Below are positions 9,848 through 19,735 of a stretch of 64,000 bases of DNA, one piece after another; position 1 is the first letter of the stretch, and each line of letters opens with the position of its first letter. The stretch is from a virus, in IMG/VR virus record IMGVR_UViG_3300025133_000029, positions 97,003 through 161,002 of that record; one strand, 5' to 3'. The translations under genes were made by a program, and so were the position numbers. The notes beneath the pieces are model-generated. The model saw only the letters and a list, made by a program, of their open reading frames with translations, was not told where the DNA came from and did no database searches.

Positions 9848-10225
9848 GTGATTGATTTATATGATCCAGACTATTTTCAACCTTTCCCCGTGTTGTTATC
9901 TGTTGAGTTGTTGTCTATTCCTGGTGATTCGGAAGAGAAACAAGAAGGTGATGTCGAGTATTGGAAGTTATCTGTGGGGTGGGTGGATCGTGTGTATACG
10001 TATACGATGAGGGTGGAGTATCTAGATTTTGATGGGACTGTTGGGGGATGTTCTTCGGGGTGTAATTGTATTGTTGAGGATTATTGGAAGAGAGGGTTGA
10101 GAGGGGCGTGGTCGACGATGGAGTCGGCTTTGATTTTTGTGGCATCGAGGGTGTGTAGAGGGGTGATAGACTTGCCTGTATTGATTAATCCTCAGTGGAG
10201 TTTTTGGAGTTTCAAGGTTTCTTAG
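9848..10225 (+). CDS. hypothetical protein
   Basis: 125-aa ORF, GTG start, G/T-rich. Confidence 0.45.
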   Translation: MIDLYDPDYFQPFPVLLSVELLSIPGDSEEKQEGDVEYWKLSVGWVDRVYTYTMRVEYLDFDGTVGGCSSGCNCIVEDYWKRGLRGAWSTMESALIFVASRVCRGVIDLPVLINPQWSFWSFKVS

Positions 10226-10493
10226 TGGAGTTTTGAAGAATAAGTTCAAGGAGAGAGTTAGTGTCGGCCACATAGGCAGAAATAACATATTGAGGTGGAA
10301 TGTTGTCAGAGAGCGATCCATCTCTATACCAAATACCATTACATCGTTTCCATTCGATGTTCTCATGAATGATTGTATATGTTCGGTGTGAGGCTTTTCC
10401 CGAAAAGGAACCACTCGGTTTTCTTTTCGAGGTGGAGTCTGTGATTCGATGCTTGGACATTGTTGTGGAGTCTGTGATTCGATGCTTGGACAT
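10212..10493 (-). CDS. hypothetical protein with a duplicated N-terminus (MSKHRITDST x2)
   Basis: Start moved to 10493 to follow the upstream gene; a W-x4-G-x-W-x-x-D-G segment is shared with the gene ending at 11702. Confidence 0.55.
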   Translation of the reverse strand: MSKHRITDSTTMSKHRITDSTSKRKPSGSFSGKASHRTYTIIHENIEWKRCNGIWYRDGSLSDNIPPQYVISAYVADTNSLLELILQNSTKKP

Positions 10494-10497
10494 TGTT
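10432..10497. repeat. perfect 33-bp tandem duplication
   Basis: GTGGAGTCTGTGATTCGATGCTTGGACATTGTT x2. Confidence 0.95.
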
Positions 10498-10503
10498 GTG
10501 GTT

Positions 10504-10686
10504 TTATTTCTTTTTGTATTTACGGGGCCAGTATTTTTCTTTAGTGCTTCCGAGTTCTTTTTGTAGGTAGAGATAGTATGTATATTCTGGGTCCAAATTA
10601 TCGAGGGTAGTTTGGCCTCCAAAAATGGTGTCAGGATCCACGGATTTCCTAACGTTTTCTATGTCTTCTATGGTTTTGTCTTTCAT
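10504..10686 (-). CDS. hypothetical protein
   Basis: 60-aa ORF packed against its neighbours. Confidence 0.55.
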   Translation of the reverse strand: MKDKTIEDIENVRKSVDPDTIFGGQTTLDNLDPEYTYYLYLQKELGSTKEKYWPRKYKKK

Positions 10687-10689
10687 TGC

Positions 10690-11265
10690 TTACATTCCTT
10701 GTTGTTCTGATTCGATGCGAAGTTTCTCGAGATGGTCTTGTAGGTTTGAGAAGGATCTCCATCCAGCCTCTGTGAGGTCCCTCCCGTAGACTTCGCCCCT
10801 TGGCTTTATGGGTTGCCATCCTTCGTCACAGAATAGCCTGAAGTGCCATGTTATTGGTCTGTTTGGCGTTAGGCTCATAAGGACTTCGTATGGGTCACGT
10901 CCATCTATATTCATGGGAGGTTCGGACCAGACCCACTTTGCGTAATTTCCATAGAAAGCCTTTACCCACTTTTCAGAGAGGGGAAAGTTATGTGGTGCAG
11001 GATCCATGGTTTGGGGATCGAAGTAGCTTAGAGAGAGGTGGTAGCATCTTTCGTAGTCGGGGTTTTTCCACCATCCACTGCTATGGTATCCGATGTCTCT
11101 TGTGAAGACGAGGCATGTTCCGGTTCTATTGCAGAGTCGTCTGGAGCTTTGGATAATTCGTCGGTTTGCGGGTCCTGGATGTCCGTTATAAGTAAACCGT
11201 TGTGAGTACAGTCGAAGTTCGTGAATTAGAAGTGGGTCGACTTCTTGGGATCTTATAATGTGCAT
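10690..11265 (-). CDS. hypothetical phage protein
   Basis: 191 aa; SD GAGGGAG; RDIGYHSSGWWKNPDYERC and RGEVY segments look like a conserved fold. Confidence 0.75.
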   Translation of the reverse strand: MHIIRSQEVDPLLIHELRLYSQRFTYNGHPGPANRRIIQSSRRLCNRTGTCLVFTRDIGYHSSGWWKNPDYERCYHLSLSYFDPQTMDPAPHNFPLSEKWVKAFYGNYAKWVWSEPPMNIDGRDPYEVLMSLTPNRPITWHFRLFCDEGWQPIKPRGEVYGRDLTEAGWRSFSNLQDHLEKLRIESEQQGM

Positions 11266-11319
11266 AAAATGCTCCCTCGCGAATCTTTAGAGTCTAAAGA
11301 TTGAGAAAATGGATAGTTT

Positions 11320-11700
11320 TTATTCTTCAGTTTCTTCTTGTAGTTCTTTGCATCCGCAGCATTCGATTAGTTGAATATGCAGTGTGCCATCTCTGTCTAC
11401 AGAGATTTTGGCGTCGAGTATTTGTTCTCTCCTTGTTTTGGTTTGTGCTTCGATGAGACCTTCTGGGGCATTCTCTTCGAGTGGTACGTAGCCTGCTTCA
11501 TATCCCCATAGACGATTGAGTTGCATGTTTAGCTCTCGACGTACTTGGGGTGTTATGGCTAAAGAGAGACCCGTGCTATACCCTTTGGAGCATTCGCTTA
11601 AAAGGATGTAGCCCTTCTTCCATCTTCTTTTTGATTTCCTGTTATATTTCTTCCATAGCGCGGCTATTTCGGGATGATTTAGATCGGGTAGTTCTCTCAT
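11320..11700 (-). CDS. hypothetical protein
   Basis: 126-aa ORF abutting the upstream gene. Confidence 0.65.
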   Translation of the reverse strand: MRELPDLNHPEIAALWKKYNRKSKRRWKKGYILLSECSKGYSTGLSLAITPQVRRELNMQLNRLWGYEAGYVPLEENAPEGLIEAQTKTRREQILDAKISVDRDGTLHIQLIECCGCKELQEETEE

Positions 11701-11701
11701 T

Positions 11702-12046
11702 TTACTCTTGACCCTGTTGAGCCCATCGTGGTTGAGGCCATCGTGAAAAAAGTCTTATTTGTGGGTCACTGAAGGTTACTATGGTAAATGGCCGATCGTA
11801 TCCCTTCACCCTGGCATACTGCTCCAGGCCCAACTCACTCCGCTGGATGTGGTCACTAATGGGGCGGTCACCGAGATATTTTCCAACAAGATCGAGCGCC
11901 CTTCTTATGGAGAAAGAGGTTAGTACTTTTTTTGGGATCTCACCTCTATATTTCCTGCCATCTTTCCACCACGCTCCATCCCAGTGAGTCCAAAGGTTTC
12001 CCTCGAATTGGAAGAAGAATCGTCCGTCAAAATAGCCGTGGAACAT
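11702..12046 (-). CDS. hypothetical protein
   Basis: Start moved to MFHGYF (SD-like GAGG) to avoid overlap. Confidence 0.6.
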   Translation of the reverse strand: MFHGYFDGRFFFQFEGNLWTHWDGAWWKDGRKYRGEIPKKVLTSFSIRRALDLVGKYLGDRPISDHIQRSELGLEQYARVKGYDRPFTIVTFSDPQIRLFSRWPQPRWAQQGQE

Positions 12047-12062
12047 AACGAGTCCATCCTCT

Positions 12063-12392
12063 TTACATGGGAATAAGGGAACCATCATCTTGTTCAACAA
12101 AAAAGACAACCAACGCGGGAGTTGTCTCTCCGTCCCAAGGGAAGTCTGCTTGGATGCAGAGTCGCGCTTCTTTTGAGTGTGACTCTGCATCTATTTTTTC
12201 TTTTATAGAATGACATTCTTGGATGGCTTCTTCGCGAGAATCAAATCCGTTAGTGTGGTGTCCTTTTGACTTGTGACGAATGGGCTTATCTGCAGATGGA
12301 GGTCCAGGAAGGGGAGACTCTCTAAAGATTATAGGGTGAAAGCGATTTGTTGTGGTGTTGTGAAGGTTTCCAACAATCGGGTTAAGAAGCAT
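12063..12392 (-). CDS. hypothetical protein
   Basis: 109 aa, SD GGAG. Confidence 0.7.
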   Translation of the reverse strand: MLLNPIVGNLHNTTTNRFHPIIFRESPLPGPPSADKPIRHKSKGHHTNGFDSREEAIQECHSIKEKIDAESHSKEARLCIQADFPWDGETTPALVVFFVEQDDGSLIPM

Positions 12393-12448
12393 TCGCTATT
12401 CTCCAAATTGAGAAAGTTTCCTGTGTTTCAGTTGGTTTTTTGAATATT

Positions 12449-12820
12449 TTAGGTGGGGTCTTCTTCGTCGTATTCGGGGGTTTCATTGTGCAGGAATTCT
12501 TCCATTCCAGTTTCAAGGATTCGCCCTATTTTCATCAAACCTATCTCTATTGATTCTCCAATTTTATTACCTGCGTATTTGAAGACAGATTGTCCAAGAC
12601 TTCCCATAGTGAAAGCTCTTGCGATTTTAGCAAGAGGGTTAGTTGCGGCAGTGTCAGATCGCCCCAGGCTTTGATTGATGCTTTCGGCTAATCCATCGAC
12701 AGAGGATGCCATTTTTACCCCGACTTTTTCAACAGCATCGGCCAGCAAGGCAATCGCATAAGCTTCTTGGGATGTCACATGGGGTCCGGACTCTTGTAGT
12801 TTTTCAAGATTACTCTTCAT
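12449..12820 (-). CDS. hypothetical helical protein
   Basis: Start at MKSNLEK, coupled to the upstream stop. Confidence 0.6.
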   Translation of the reverse strand: MKSNLEKLQESGPHVTSQEAYAIALLADAVEKVGVKMASSVDGLAESINQSLGRSDTAATNPLAKIARAFTMGSLGQSVFKYAGNKIGESIEIGLMKIGRILETGMEEFLHNETPEYDEEDPT

Positions 12821-13085
12821 TCTTCTTCTTTCCTCGGGTGTAACGAAAACGAGGGATGGGATTGTCAAGAATATCTTGGACCCACTGTGGGCGTTTTCGT
12901 CTTTGTTGGAGTTCTTCTTTTTCGGAGAGAGTTATCCAGAACAACTTCTCTACTTCTGGCATTTTGTCCCATTCTTTTTCCCATATTTTATGGGGTATGC
13001 CTTTTATTCCTTTGTGTGGGTTTGCTTTGGCAAAGTTGATTTGGTGTTCTATAAAACAAAATTTGGCTTTTGTTTCATTTTCCAT
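12810..13085 (-). CDS. hypothetical protein
   Basis: 91-aa ORF in a minus-strand run. Confidence 0.55.
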   Translation of the reverse strand: MENETKAKFCFIEHQINFAKANPHKGIKGIPHKIWEKEWDKMPEVEKLFWITLSEKEELQQRRKRPQWVQDILDNPIPRFRYTRGKKKNEE

Positions 13086-13127
13086 GGATTGAGTGTTCTC
13101 TTTATTTGAAGATGTGGAGAGTGGGTT

Positions 13128-13970
13128 TTACTTTTGGTCTCGAATCCATTTTCTGTGTCTAGATGTGTTGCATGATGTGGATGTTCCATATCTGAGGGAT
13201 CGGAGGGCAACACTCCTAGTCGTTCCGCAAACACACATACATCGTATATAGCGGCGTCCCTTTTTTTTTCTCTTTAGTTCTCGGACAACAGTCCATTGAC
13301 CAATAACTGTTCCTTCTTCAATAAGGACTCGACGGCTTCTTCGACATCCGCAGGATGCGGGATATCTTCTAGTATTTTCGATGCTCTGGAGCTGCTGAAT
13401 TTGTGCGGCACTCTTGGTAAGTGTTGTGCCGCATTCGCAAGTACAGTTCCACAGGAGTTCATCCGAGTCGAAAACTCTTTCGTTGATTGTGAGCAGCCCG
13501 AAAACAGTTCCACAGTATTCCCTGGCGTTATGGTGTTCCTGGCATTCTCCGCAAGAGCGGGAGAGTCCCTGTCTTAGATTGCCAAGCCCAACGCCTTTCT
13601 CTTTTCCGCATGAACATCTGCATAAAAAATACCGCATGTTTTTTTTCTTTTCTATTTCTTCAATAACTGTCCAATGGTTATAGGAGTCCCCTGGGGAAAT
13701 TGTTAATTTTTCTTTATTGCCTTGGCCTTTTATGCACCCACAAGACTGTGTTCTTCCATTGCGAAGGTTGGAGTGTATCACTTCTGTGCTATTGCCACAT
13801 TCACAAACACAAACGGCATAATACCGCCGCTGTACTTGTTTTGGTGAACAATACCTAGAGATGCCGACTTGAGTGACGGTGAGCATGTTTATTTTTTGCC
13901 CCAAGATTTCTAAGTGGCTTGGGAGTGGTTCTCTTTCTTCTCGTTCTTGCCAAGCAATGTCTTCTGTCAT
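13128..13970 (-). CDS. protein made of four C-x-C-x-C-G...SC repeats, as in the N-termini of phage HNH/AP2-type endonucleases; no nuclease domain seen
   Basis: CVCECG..SCGC, CRCSCG..SCGEC, CTCECG..SCGC, CMCVCG..SC; SD AAGGAG. Confidence 0.75.
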   Translation of the reverse strand: MTEDIAWQEREEREPLPSHLEILGQKINMLTVTQVGISRYCSPKQVQRRYYAVCVCECGNSTEVIHSNLRNGRTQSCGCIKGQGNKEKLTISPGDSYNHWTVIEEIEKKKNMRYFLCRCSCGKEKGVGLGNLRQGLSRSCGECQEHHNAREYCGTVFGLLTINERVFDSDELLWNCTCECGTTLTKSAAQIQQLQSIENTRRYPASCGCRRSRRVLIEEGTVIGQWTVVRELKRKKKGRRYIRCMCVCGTTRSVALRSLRYGTSTSCNTSRHRKWIRDQK

Positions 13971-13975
13971 TGTCT

Positions 13976-14929
13976 TTATTCGCTCCTTCCATGGATGACT
14001 GGACCTTTGCCTTGGACCCACAGAAGTAATTCTTCGATGCTATACCAGCCGGATTTTGGTTCATACCCTTTCTCTCTAGCGAACTCTGGTGGTTGATGAC
14101 ATCCTGAAACTCGACTTCTTAGGGTGGATGGATTGAGCCAAAAAACAAGCTCTTTCTTCTTGTCGTTTTTAAATCTTCCCGCTAAGGCGTAGTATCGAAG
14201 TCCAGCATCGTCGACTGTTTTGTGTATGCCAGACTCTTCGATTGCATCTTCTAATATTTCTTGCTCCCTTTGTTCTTCTCGAGCTTTTTCCCAATGTTCT
14301 TGGGGGATTCTGTCTGCTATGAATATTCCAAGAGATCCATTTGCAAAAGCAGGCATTGCAGCTTTTAGGATGTAGAAGACTGCATTCCTTGCAAGAATCT
14401 CTTCGTATAATTTCTTCAGGTAGGGAATATTGTCCTCTCCTACAACAATCTGAGCGGATCGATCATCCCAAGAGCAATGTATTGATGAAGTTACTTCTTC
14501 TGCTCCATTCTTGCTCCATCGAGACCATTTGATTCTATCGAGGTTGTAGTGGTGTAGGTGTCTTTCAAATCTTTTTGTTTCGTCATCTCCATCTTTCTCA
14601 AGATGTTCTCTGATAAATGGATAATTTATGTTGAGGATGGCAAAACTTACTATTATTGGTTCGTTCGATTTGCGAGTTGGTGGTGAGATGGTGTGTAGAT
14701 CTACGTTGTCAAACCTCTCGAAGAAAAGATTATTGGATTGTGTGATTCTTCGAGACTCGAGCGTTTTGTCGGGATCATCTATTCCCAAGGCATAGTTTAG
14801 AGTCTCACATGAAAATTCATGCTCGGCAGTAAAATCCCAACCCAGAGTAATGCCTGTGAAAAGTTTTTCTTCCGGGTATTTATCGTCCTCCAGGAATATG
14901 AGTTCTCTTTCTCGTTCTCCGTACTTCAT
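13976..14929 (-). CDS. hypothetical phage protein
   Basis: 317 aa; SD AGGAG; LGWDFTAEHE, FWLNP, GWYSIEELLLW segments. Confidence 0.8.
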   Translation of the reverse strand: MKYGERERELIFLEDDKYPEEKLFTGITLGWDFTAEHEFSCETLNYALGIDDPDKTLESRRITQSNNLFFERFDNVDLHTISPPTRKSNEPIIVSFAILNINYPFIREHLEKDGDDETKRFERHLHHYNLDRIKWSRWSKNGAEEVTSSIHCSWDDRSAQIVVGEDNIPYLKKLYEEILARNAVFYILKAAMPAFANGSLGIFIADRIPQEHWEKAREEQREQEILEDAIEESGIHKTVDDAGLRYYALAGRFKNDKKKELVFWLNPSTLRSRVSGCHQPPEFAREKGYEPKSGWYSIEELLLWVQGKGPVIHGRSE

Positions 14930-14938
14930 AGGAATCTC

Positions 14939-15250
14939 CTAAAATAAATCTTCTTCGAGAAATAAAGTTTCTTCGAGTACGTCTTTTTGCCGCAACCGAA
15001 CCACCCGCTGCCGAAGGACGGTGAGTAGCTTTTGCCTTTCTTTCTTTTTGTCTTTTCTTTGAAGACCCCTTTTTTCTATTAGTCTTATAAAAATATCGAC
15101 GGTCGCGTTGAGGCTTTCGTGACGAACGCTATCATTTTGATCGGAGAAGGAGATTTCCTCCGGAGAGATGGTTGGACTTAGGAATCCTCCTAACATCTCT
15201 CTTACAATATCTCTCACTTGTTGTTTGCTATCGTTTTCTTTCGATGACAT
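14939..15250 (-). CDS. hypothetical protein with LEETLF/EEDLF tail
   Basis: 103 aa; preceded by a GTAAATGC motif at 15298-15305. Confidence 0.65.
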   Translation of the reverse strand: MSSKENDSKQQVRDIVREMLGGFLSPTISPEEISFSDQNDSVRHESLNATVDIFIRLIEKRGLQRKDKKKERQKLLTVLRQRVVRLRQKDVLEETLFLEEDLF

Positions 15251-15327
15251 GATTTCGTCTCTTGTTCTGTTGTAGTGTCTTATAGTCAGGTGCTAAAGCA
15301 TTTACCTGTTGGGAGTGATTAAGTTAG

Positions 15328-15771
15328 ATGTATATAGAATACAAATTTCTAAAAATACCTGAAAAATATTTAGATGCAGTAAGTGCGATGATTGCAGAGT
15401 ATTTATTTGGTTGGACTGATTTGGAGGAAGTAATTGTTTTTGACGATGAGGTTATCTGGTATGGAGTTGACGTATCAACGGGGCTAAGGTCTCCTGTTCA
15501 CAGCTATCATAATGTGACTGATATTCGAGTTTTTATCTTAGAGATGGCTAAGAAGGGATTGGAAGTTGATATAGGATCGTGTTTGTATTTATATCCAGAG
15601 CGATTTAGGTATTTGAGTACGGTGACGAAAATAAGAAAAAAAACAAAAGGTCCTGTAATCTTAGCAGAGCGATATGGGGATGTTTTGACTTTGACACTAC
15701 TAGAAGCTATTTTATGTTCTCTGGGTCACGAAAATGAGTTGGAAACACTGCGGCGAAATTATAACCTTTAG
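15328..15771 (+). CDS. phage ABA-sandwich-like domain protein
   Basis: DAVSAMIAEYLFGW...HSYH...LTLTLLEAIL pattern; similar to the genes ending at 17661 and 34664. Confidence 0.55.
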   Translation: MYIEYKFLKIPEKYLDAVSAMIAEYLFGWTDLEEVIVFDDEVIWYGVDVSTGLRSPVHSYHNVTDIRVFILEMAKKGLEVDIGSCLYLYPERFRYLSTVTKIRKKTKGPVILAERYGDVLTLTLLEAILCSLGHENELETLRRNYNL

Positions 15772-15868
15772 AGTCTAAAGATTTACGATAGAGTGATGGT
15801 GTTGAATTACAAGAGTCGAGGTAGACGAGGAACGGTCTTTTAAGTTTTACAATTTAGGAGATTTGTTC

Positions 15869-16096
15869 ATGAAAAAGAAGAACAGAATTAGTTTACGTAG
15901 AGCTTTTGGTGAGGATGAGTATGGCGAGCTAATGCTTCCCAGAAAGATGTCGGGGGTGAGGATTTCTCGACTTTTTTTTGGTGAGTGGATGGGTTGCTCG
16001 TTTTGCTTTCCGCATGGCAGAGATACAATCAATAACAGAAGGAAAAAGCCACTAAGGAGTTGGAAGGGGTACAGGAGAACACAGTGGAAGAGTTAG
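15869..16096 (+). CDS. small basic protein with a CxxC-x2-H motif
   Basis: SD AGGAG; GCSFCFPHG; K/R-rich. Confidence 0.65.
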   Translation: MKKKNRISLRRAFGEDEYGELMLPRKMSGVRISRLFFGEWMGCSFCFPHGRDTINNRRKKPLRSWKGYRRTQWKS

Positions 16097-16177
16097 TATT
16101 TCTTTTTCCTGTGTATCTCATATAGGGTGTTTTTTTGGGTTAGATTGTAATAGAAAGACACTTTATGGAGAAAGAGA

Positions 16178-16450
16178 ATGCTTTACAAGGTAAGTGATGG
16201 TTCGGTGAGTTACCATGTCTTTGCGGCTATGGATGAGATGGTTCTGGGGGTGTTGCAAGAGGGTGCAGATCTATCTGATGAGGAGATGGAGGGGTTCTCG
16301 ATTGAACGACACTATCCAAATGATGTTGTCGTTACTGTTTCTTTTGAGGGAGGGGTGTGCGATCCCGTCCATCTGGCTGCCGAGCAATGGGTTGCCTTAT
16401 GGGAGAGCTTCTTGGGGAAAGGTTCTGCTATCTTGTCTTGTTCAGAGTGA
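16178..16450 (+). CDS. hypothetical acidic protein
   Basis: SD GGAG, 90 aa. Confidence 0.65.
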   Translation: MLYKVSDGSVSYHVFAAMDEMVLGVLQEGADLSDEEMEGFSIERHYPNDVVVTVSFEGGVCDPVHLAAEQWVALWESFLGKGSAILSCSE

Positions 16451-16464
16451 TAGGGGTTTATAAA

Positions 16465-17685
16465 ATGATAATAGATGAAGTTGTACAGAATTTATGTTTT
16501 TTGACTCTTCATGGTTCAAGAGCTTATGGAACATCTCGTCCTGATTCAGATTGGGATGTTCGTGGAGTCGCCATAAGTTCGATGGATTGGCATCTGGGTT
16601 CAAGGAAATGGGAGCAGACTCAAGAAAATCATCCTCGAGTGAAACATTTATTGGGTGAGAGATTCCCATCTGCTCTCGAACATCCCGATCCTTTGGATTG
16701 CGAGATAAGGTGTTTGAGAAAATTTGTATCTTTGGCATCGGATTGCAATCCAAACGTTCTGGATGTTCTCTTTGCGGATCCAAAAGATTGGATTTTTGCA
16801 ACGCGCCCATGGATAAACCTTTATGAAGAGAGACATCGCTTTCTTTCTCTTAGAGTCCAGCATACTTATACAGGGTATGCCGTATCGCAACTGAAGCGAA
16901 TTGTTCGTCATAGGGGGTGGTTACTTAATCCACCGTCTAAAAAACCAACGAGAGAGGGGTTTGGTCTTCCTCCACATAAGAAATTAGTAAACAAGGAACT
17001 GAGTGATCTTGTGGAGTCTTTGTTATCAAAAAAAATAAATGAGTGGAGACTAGATCAGTGGTTTGAATCGATGCCCGAAGAGGTGAGGGATTCTTTTCGT
17101 GAAGATTTGTCTGCTTATTTTGAGATGGTTCACGGTCGTCATATGGATGGGCATAAAGAGCATGAGCGGTATCAGGCTTCGCAAGCGGTGGGTTTGCCGG
17201 ATCATTTATTTGAGGAGATTGAGAGAGAGAGAAGATTCCCCAATGCTATGAAACAATGGAAGCAATATCAAAGTTGGAAAAAAAACAGAAACCCAGAAAG
17301 AGCGAAACTAGAAGAAGAGTTTGGGTATGACTCCAAACACGCGAGTCATTTGGTGCGACTCCTCCTAAGTGCTCAAGAAATATTGAGTACGGGAACACTG
17401 AGTGTTCGGCATCCCTATGCAGAATTACTGAAAGAAGTACGTTCTGGTGAGTGGGAATATGATCAACTAATTGAGGAGGCAGAGAATCATAAGGAAGCAA
17501 TTAAGGAATTGGTAAGAGAAAACCCAAAGAATCTTCCGAAGTCTACGGATAAATATTCTATTGGAATGATCTCAACAGAAATTATATTGGAAGCAAATGG
17601 ATATGTCCCAATGGGAAGTGGATTGGATGAAATTTTCCCTTATCCAAACTTGGCAGGGATCTATCCAAACTTAGGAGGGGATTGA
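16465..17685 (+). CDS. DNA polymerase beta-superfamily nucleotidyltransferase (RlaP/YcgL-like)
   Basis: HGSRAYGTSRPDSDWDVRG, CNPNVLDVLF, YTGYAVSQL, GYDSKHASHLVRLL. Confidence 0.88.
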   Translation: MIIDEVVQNLCFLTLHGSRAYGTSRPDSDWDVRGVAISSMDWHLGSRKWEQTQENHPRVKHLLGERFPSALEHPDPLDCEIRCLRKFVSLASDCNPNVLDVLFADPKDWIFATRPWINLYEERHRFLSLRVQHTYTGYAVSQLKRIVRHRGWLLNPPSKKPTREGFGLPPHKKLVNKELSDLVESLLSKKINEWRLDQWFESMPEEVRDSFREDLSAYFEMVHGRHMDGHKEHERYQASQAVGLPDHLFEEIERERRFPNAMKQWKQYQSWKKNRNPERAKLEEEFGYDSKHASHLVRLLLSAQEILSTGTLSVRHPYAELLKEVRSGEWEYDQLIEEAENHKEAIKELVRENPKNLPKSTDKYSIGMISTEIILEANGYVPMGSGLDEIFPYPNLAGIYPNLGGD

Positions 17686-18173
17686 TTCGAGATCATCAAG
17701 AGTGACGGGGCGGGGAGATGGGGAGAGGGGCTTTCGGAGGGTGTGGGTTCCTGGATGGGGTCATCTATGGCGTTTTGAAAGGCTTTGGCTACGAGAAGGG
17801 GGATGTTGTCGTAGGAGTCGTTATCGGAAGCGGACCATCTTCCAATATCATAACCTTGGGCGGGGTGTTTCTCTACGATAGTCACAGAGCTTAGATCTGC
17901 GTGAACAACATCAATGGAAACTTCAAAGAGTCGCTCTGGGTGTTTCATTATTGTTTTTATTATATGGAGAAGCCAGTATCCGCCCCTGTCTGTATAGGCA
18001 GGGACAACACTGCTTATCATTGTTGGAGAAGATGGCCTTGTACCCGTTGGTATTTCGCCCGACCATCGGATTTGGTTCCATCCAAAAAGATGCTCTGCCA
18101 GGAAGGCGTCGGCCTTTCTCTTTGCCATATATGAACTTCCCACGTTTTTTTCTTTGCGTTTTTCTTCGGGCAT
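17661..18173 (-). CDS. phage ABA-sandwich-like domain protein
   Basis: DAFLAEHLFGW...VPAYTD...IPLLVAKAF. Confidence 0.6.
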   Translation of the reverse strand: MPEEKRKEKNVGSSYMAKRKADAFLAEHLFGWNQIRWSGEIPTGTRPSSPTMISSVVPAYTDRGGYWLLHIIKTIMKHPERLFEVSIDVVHADLSSVTIVEKHPAQGYDIGRWSASDNDSYDNIPLLVAKAFQNAIDDPIQEPTPSESPSPHLPAPSLLMISNQSPPKFG

Positions 18174-18179
18174 GATGTC

Positions 18180-18809
18180 TTATCCCTCGGAGGGGTTGGT
18201 TGGGATTTGCTCATACTTTCTGTAGTGCTTCAGTCTCTTGAGCTTTATCTTGCTTTTTCTTTTTTTCTCCACACCATCCACAGTGACTTTGCATATAGCT
18301 TCTTCTTCTGGTGTGACCTCTTCGACGATGAGAATGCGTCCTGGACGCCGGGGGTCTTTATCTCTGAATCGGCATCCAACCCATGATTGACTTACTGTGA
18401 TGTGTCCCTCTGCTTCACTAGTGTCGGAGTGGGATTGTTGTTTCTCTGTTTCCACATGGGAGCACATTTCTTCTTGTTCGTCTTCGGTTGACTTTGGGAT
18501 GGGTATATTCTGTTCTCTACAGAGATTCAGAATAAGAGAGAGGCGAGCTAATCTTAGAGCGCGATTGAGTCTTTCTCTGGGTATGAGAACTAAATCTTCC
18601 CATCGAATTGGGGCGCTATCCTTGCCTAACCATGCGATGCGATGCGTGTGATCGGTTCTTTTGATAAGTCCTGTTGTATGTGGCTTACTTTTTCTAAAGA
18701 CGTGGTCGCCGGGAGAGAATAAGATTTTCCCTCTTGAGGCCAATTTGGATCTCACCTCTTCGGAAAGACCACCTCCATCACGACCCGCAGCCTCAGATGC
18801 GTTTGACAT
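18180..18809 (-). CDS. hypothetical protein, possibly two SH3-like barrels
   Basis: FSPGDHV...TGLI and VGCRFRDKDPRRPGRILIVEEV segments; SD GGAG. Confidence 0.6.
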   Translation of the reverse strand: MSNASEAAGRDGGGLSEEVRSKLASRGKILFSPGDHVFRKSKPHTTGLIKRTDHTHRIAWLGKDSAPIRWEDLVLIPRERLNRALRLARLSLILNLCREQNIPIPKSTEDEQEEMCSHVETEKQQSHSDTSEAEGHITVSQSWVGCRFRDKDPRRPGRILIVEEVTPEEEAICKVTVDGVEKKRKSKIKLKRLKHYRKYEQIPTNPSEG

Positions 18810-18985
18810 TTTTTTATCTCCAAAACATTCTACTTGTGTTCTTAGATCTTTAGACTCTAAAGATCTTCTTTTTTTGGTCGAAGAGCTTCAAGAGGTTCAA
18901 GACACATACTGGAAAATAACATTCTTTTTCTTTCTTCGAGTAACTCGATTATTTTCCTCCTTTCTTCTTCTTTTTTAGTAGAAAG

Positions 18986-19735
18986 TTAAATGGGCATAAT
19001 GTGTGTCCACATGCCAATAGGAAGTTTTTCAATGAGCTTATCTGCGGCGGTTGAGGCATCTAAATTTATGGCATTGCCCAGAGGAACGAGTATTTCAAAT
19101 GCGGCGTCTTTCAATTCTTGTGGCAATAAAACCCATTTATTAGAGACTGCTACTTCTTTCAAAAGGTTATAGGCAAGAACAGACATTTCCCCCACAGCAT
19201 CTTGCTGCGCCAGGAGAATGGACCTTCTTATGTTGTCCTTCATTGAGATTGGCGGGGTTGTTGGAGAATCTTTGTCTTCTTCTGGTGTGTGATTGTTTTT
19301 CTTGGGAGCAGGAGTTACTTCTTCATCTGATTCGGTATTAGTTCGAACATCGTCAAGGGCTTCGGAGAGAAACTGCATCTGTTCTCCGAGAAGTTGGAAT
19401 GTTCGAAAAAACTCCCACTGTTCTTTTATATAGTTTCCTGCTTCCATGTATAGACTGGCTACATATTTACGAAGAAGATACATAGCATGGTGGAAACTTC
19501 TTACTTTGATAAGCCAATCTTCTTCGGCTTCTGGAGGAGCAAAAACTCTTTCGATTAAATCTACTTGCCAGTCCGCGTTTTGGAAAAACCTCTTCGTGGG
19601 AAGACCCCAAACACGCTCGTTCACTCTGTGTATGAGTTCGAGATGTTCGATAATAGCATCCGCAACAATCGCGAGATCTTTATCTCTGTCGCGACCGTCT
19701 AGATCTTCTTTAGTTATTCTGGTGAGGTCATTCAT
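18986..19735 (-). CDS. hypothetical helical protein
   Basis: Start at MNDLTR, overlapping the upstream stop. Confidence 0.7.
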   Translation of the reverse strand: MNDLTRITKEDLDGRDRDKDLAIVADAIIEHLELIHRVNERVWGLPTKRFFQNADWQVDLIERVFAPPEAEEDWLIKVRSFHHAMYLLRKYVASLYMEAGNYIKEQWEFFRTFQLLGEQMQFLSEALDDVRTNTESDEEVTPAPKKNNHTPEEDKDSPTTPPISMKDNIRRSILLAQQDAVGEMSVLAYNLLKEVAVSNKWVLLPQELKDAAFEILVPLGNAINLDASTAADKLIEKLPIGMWTHIMPI

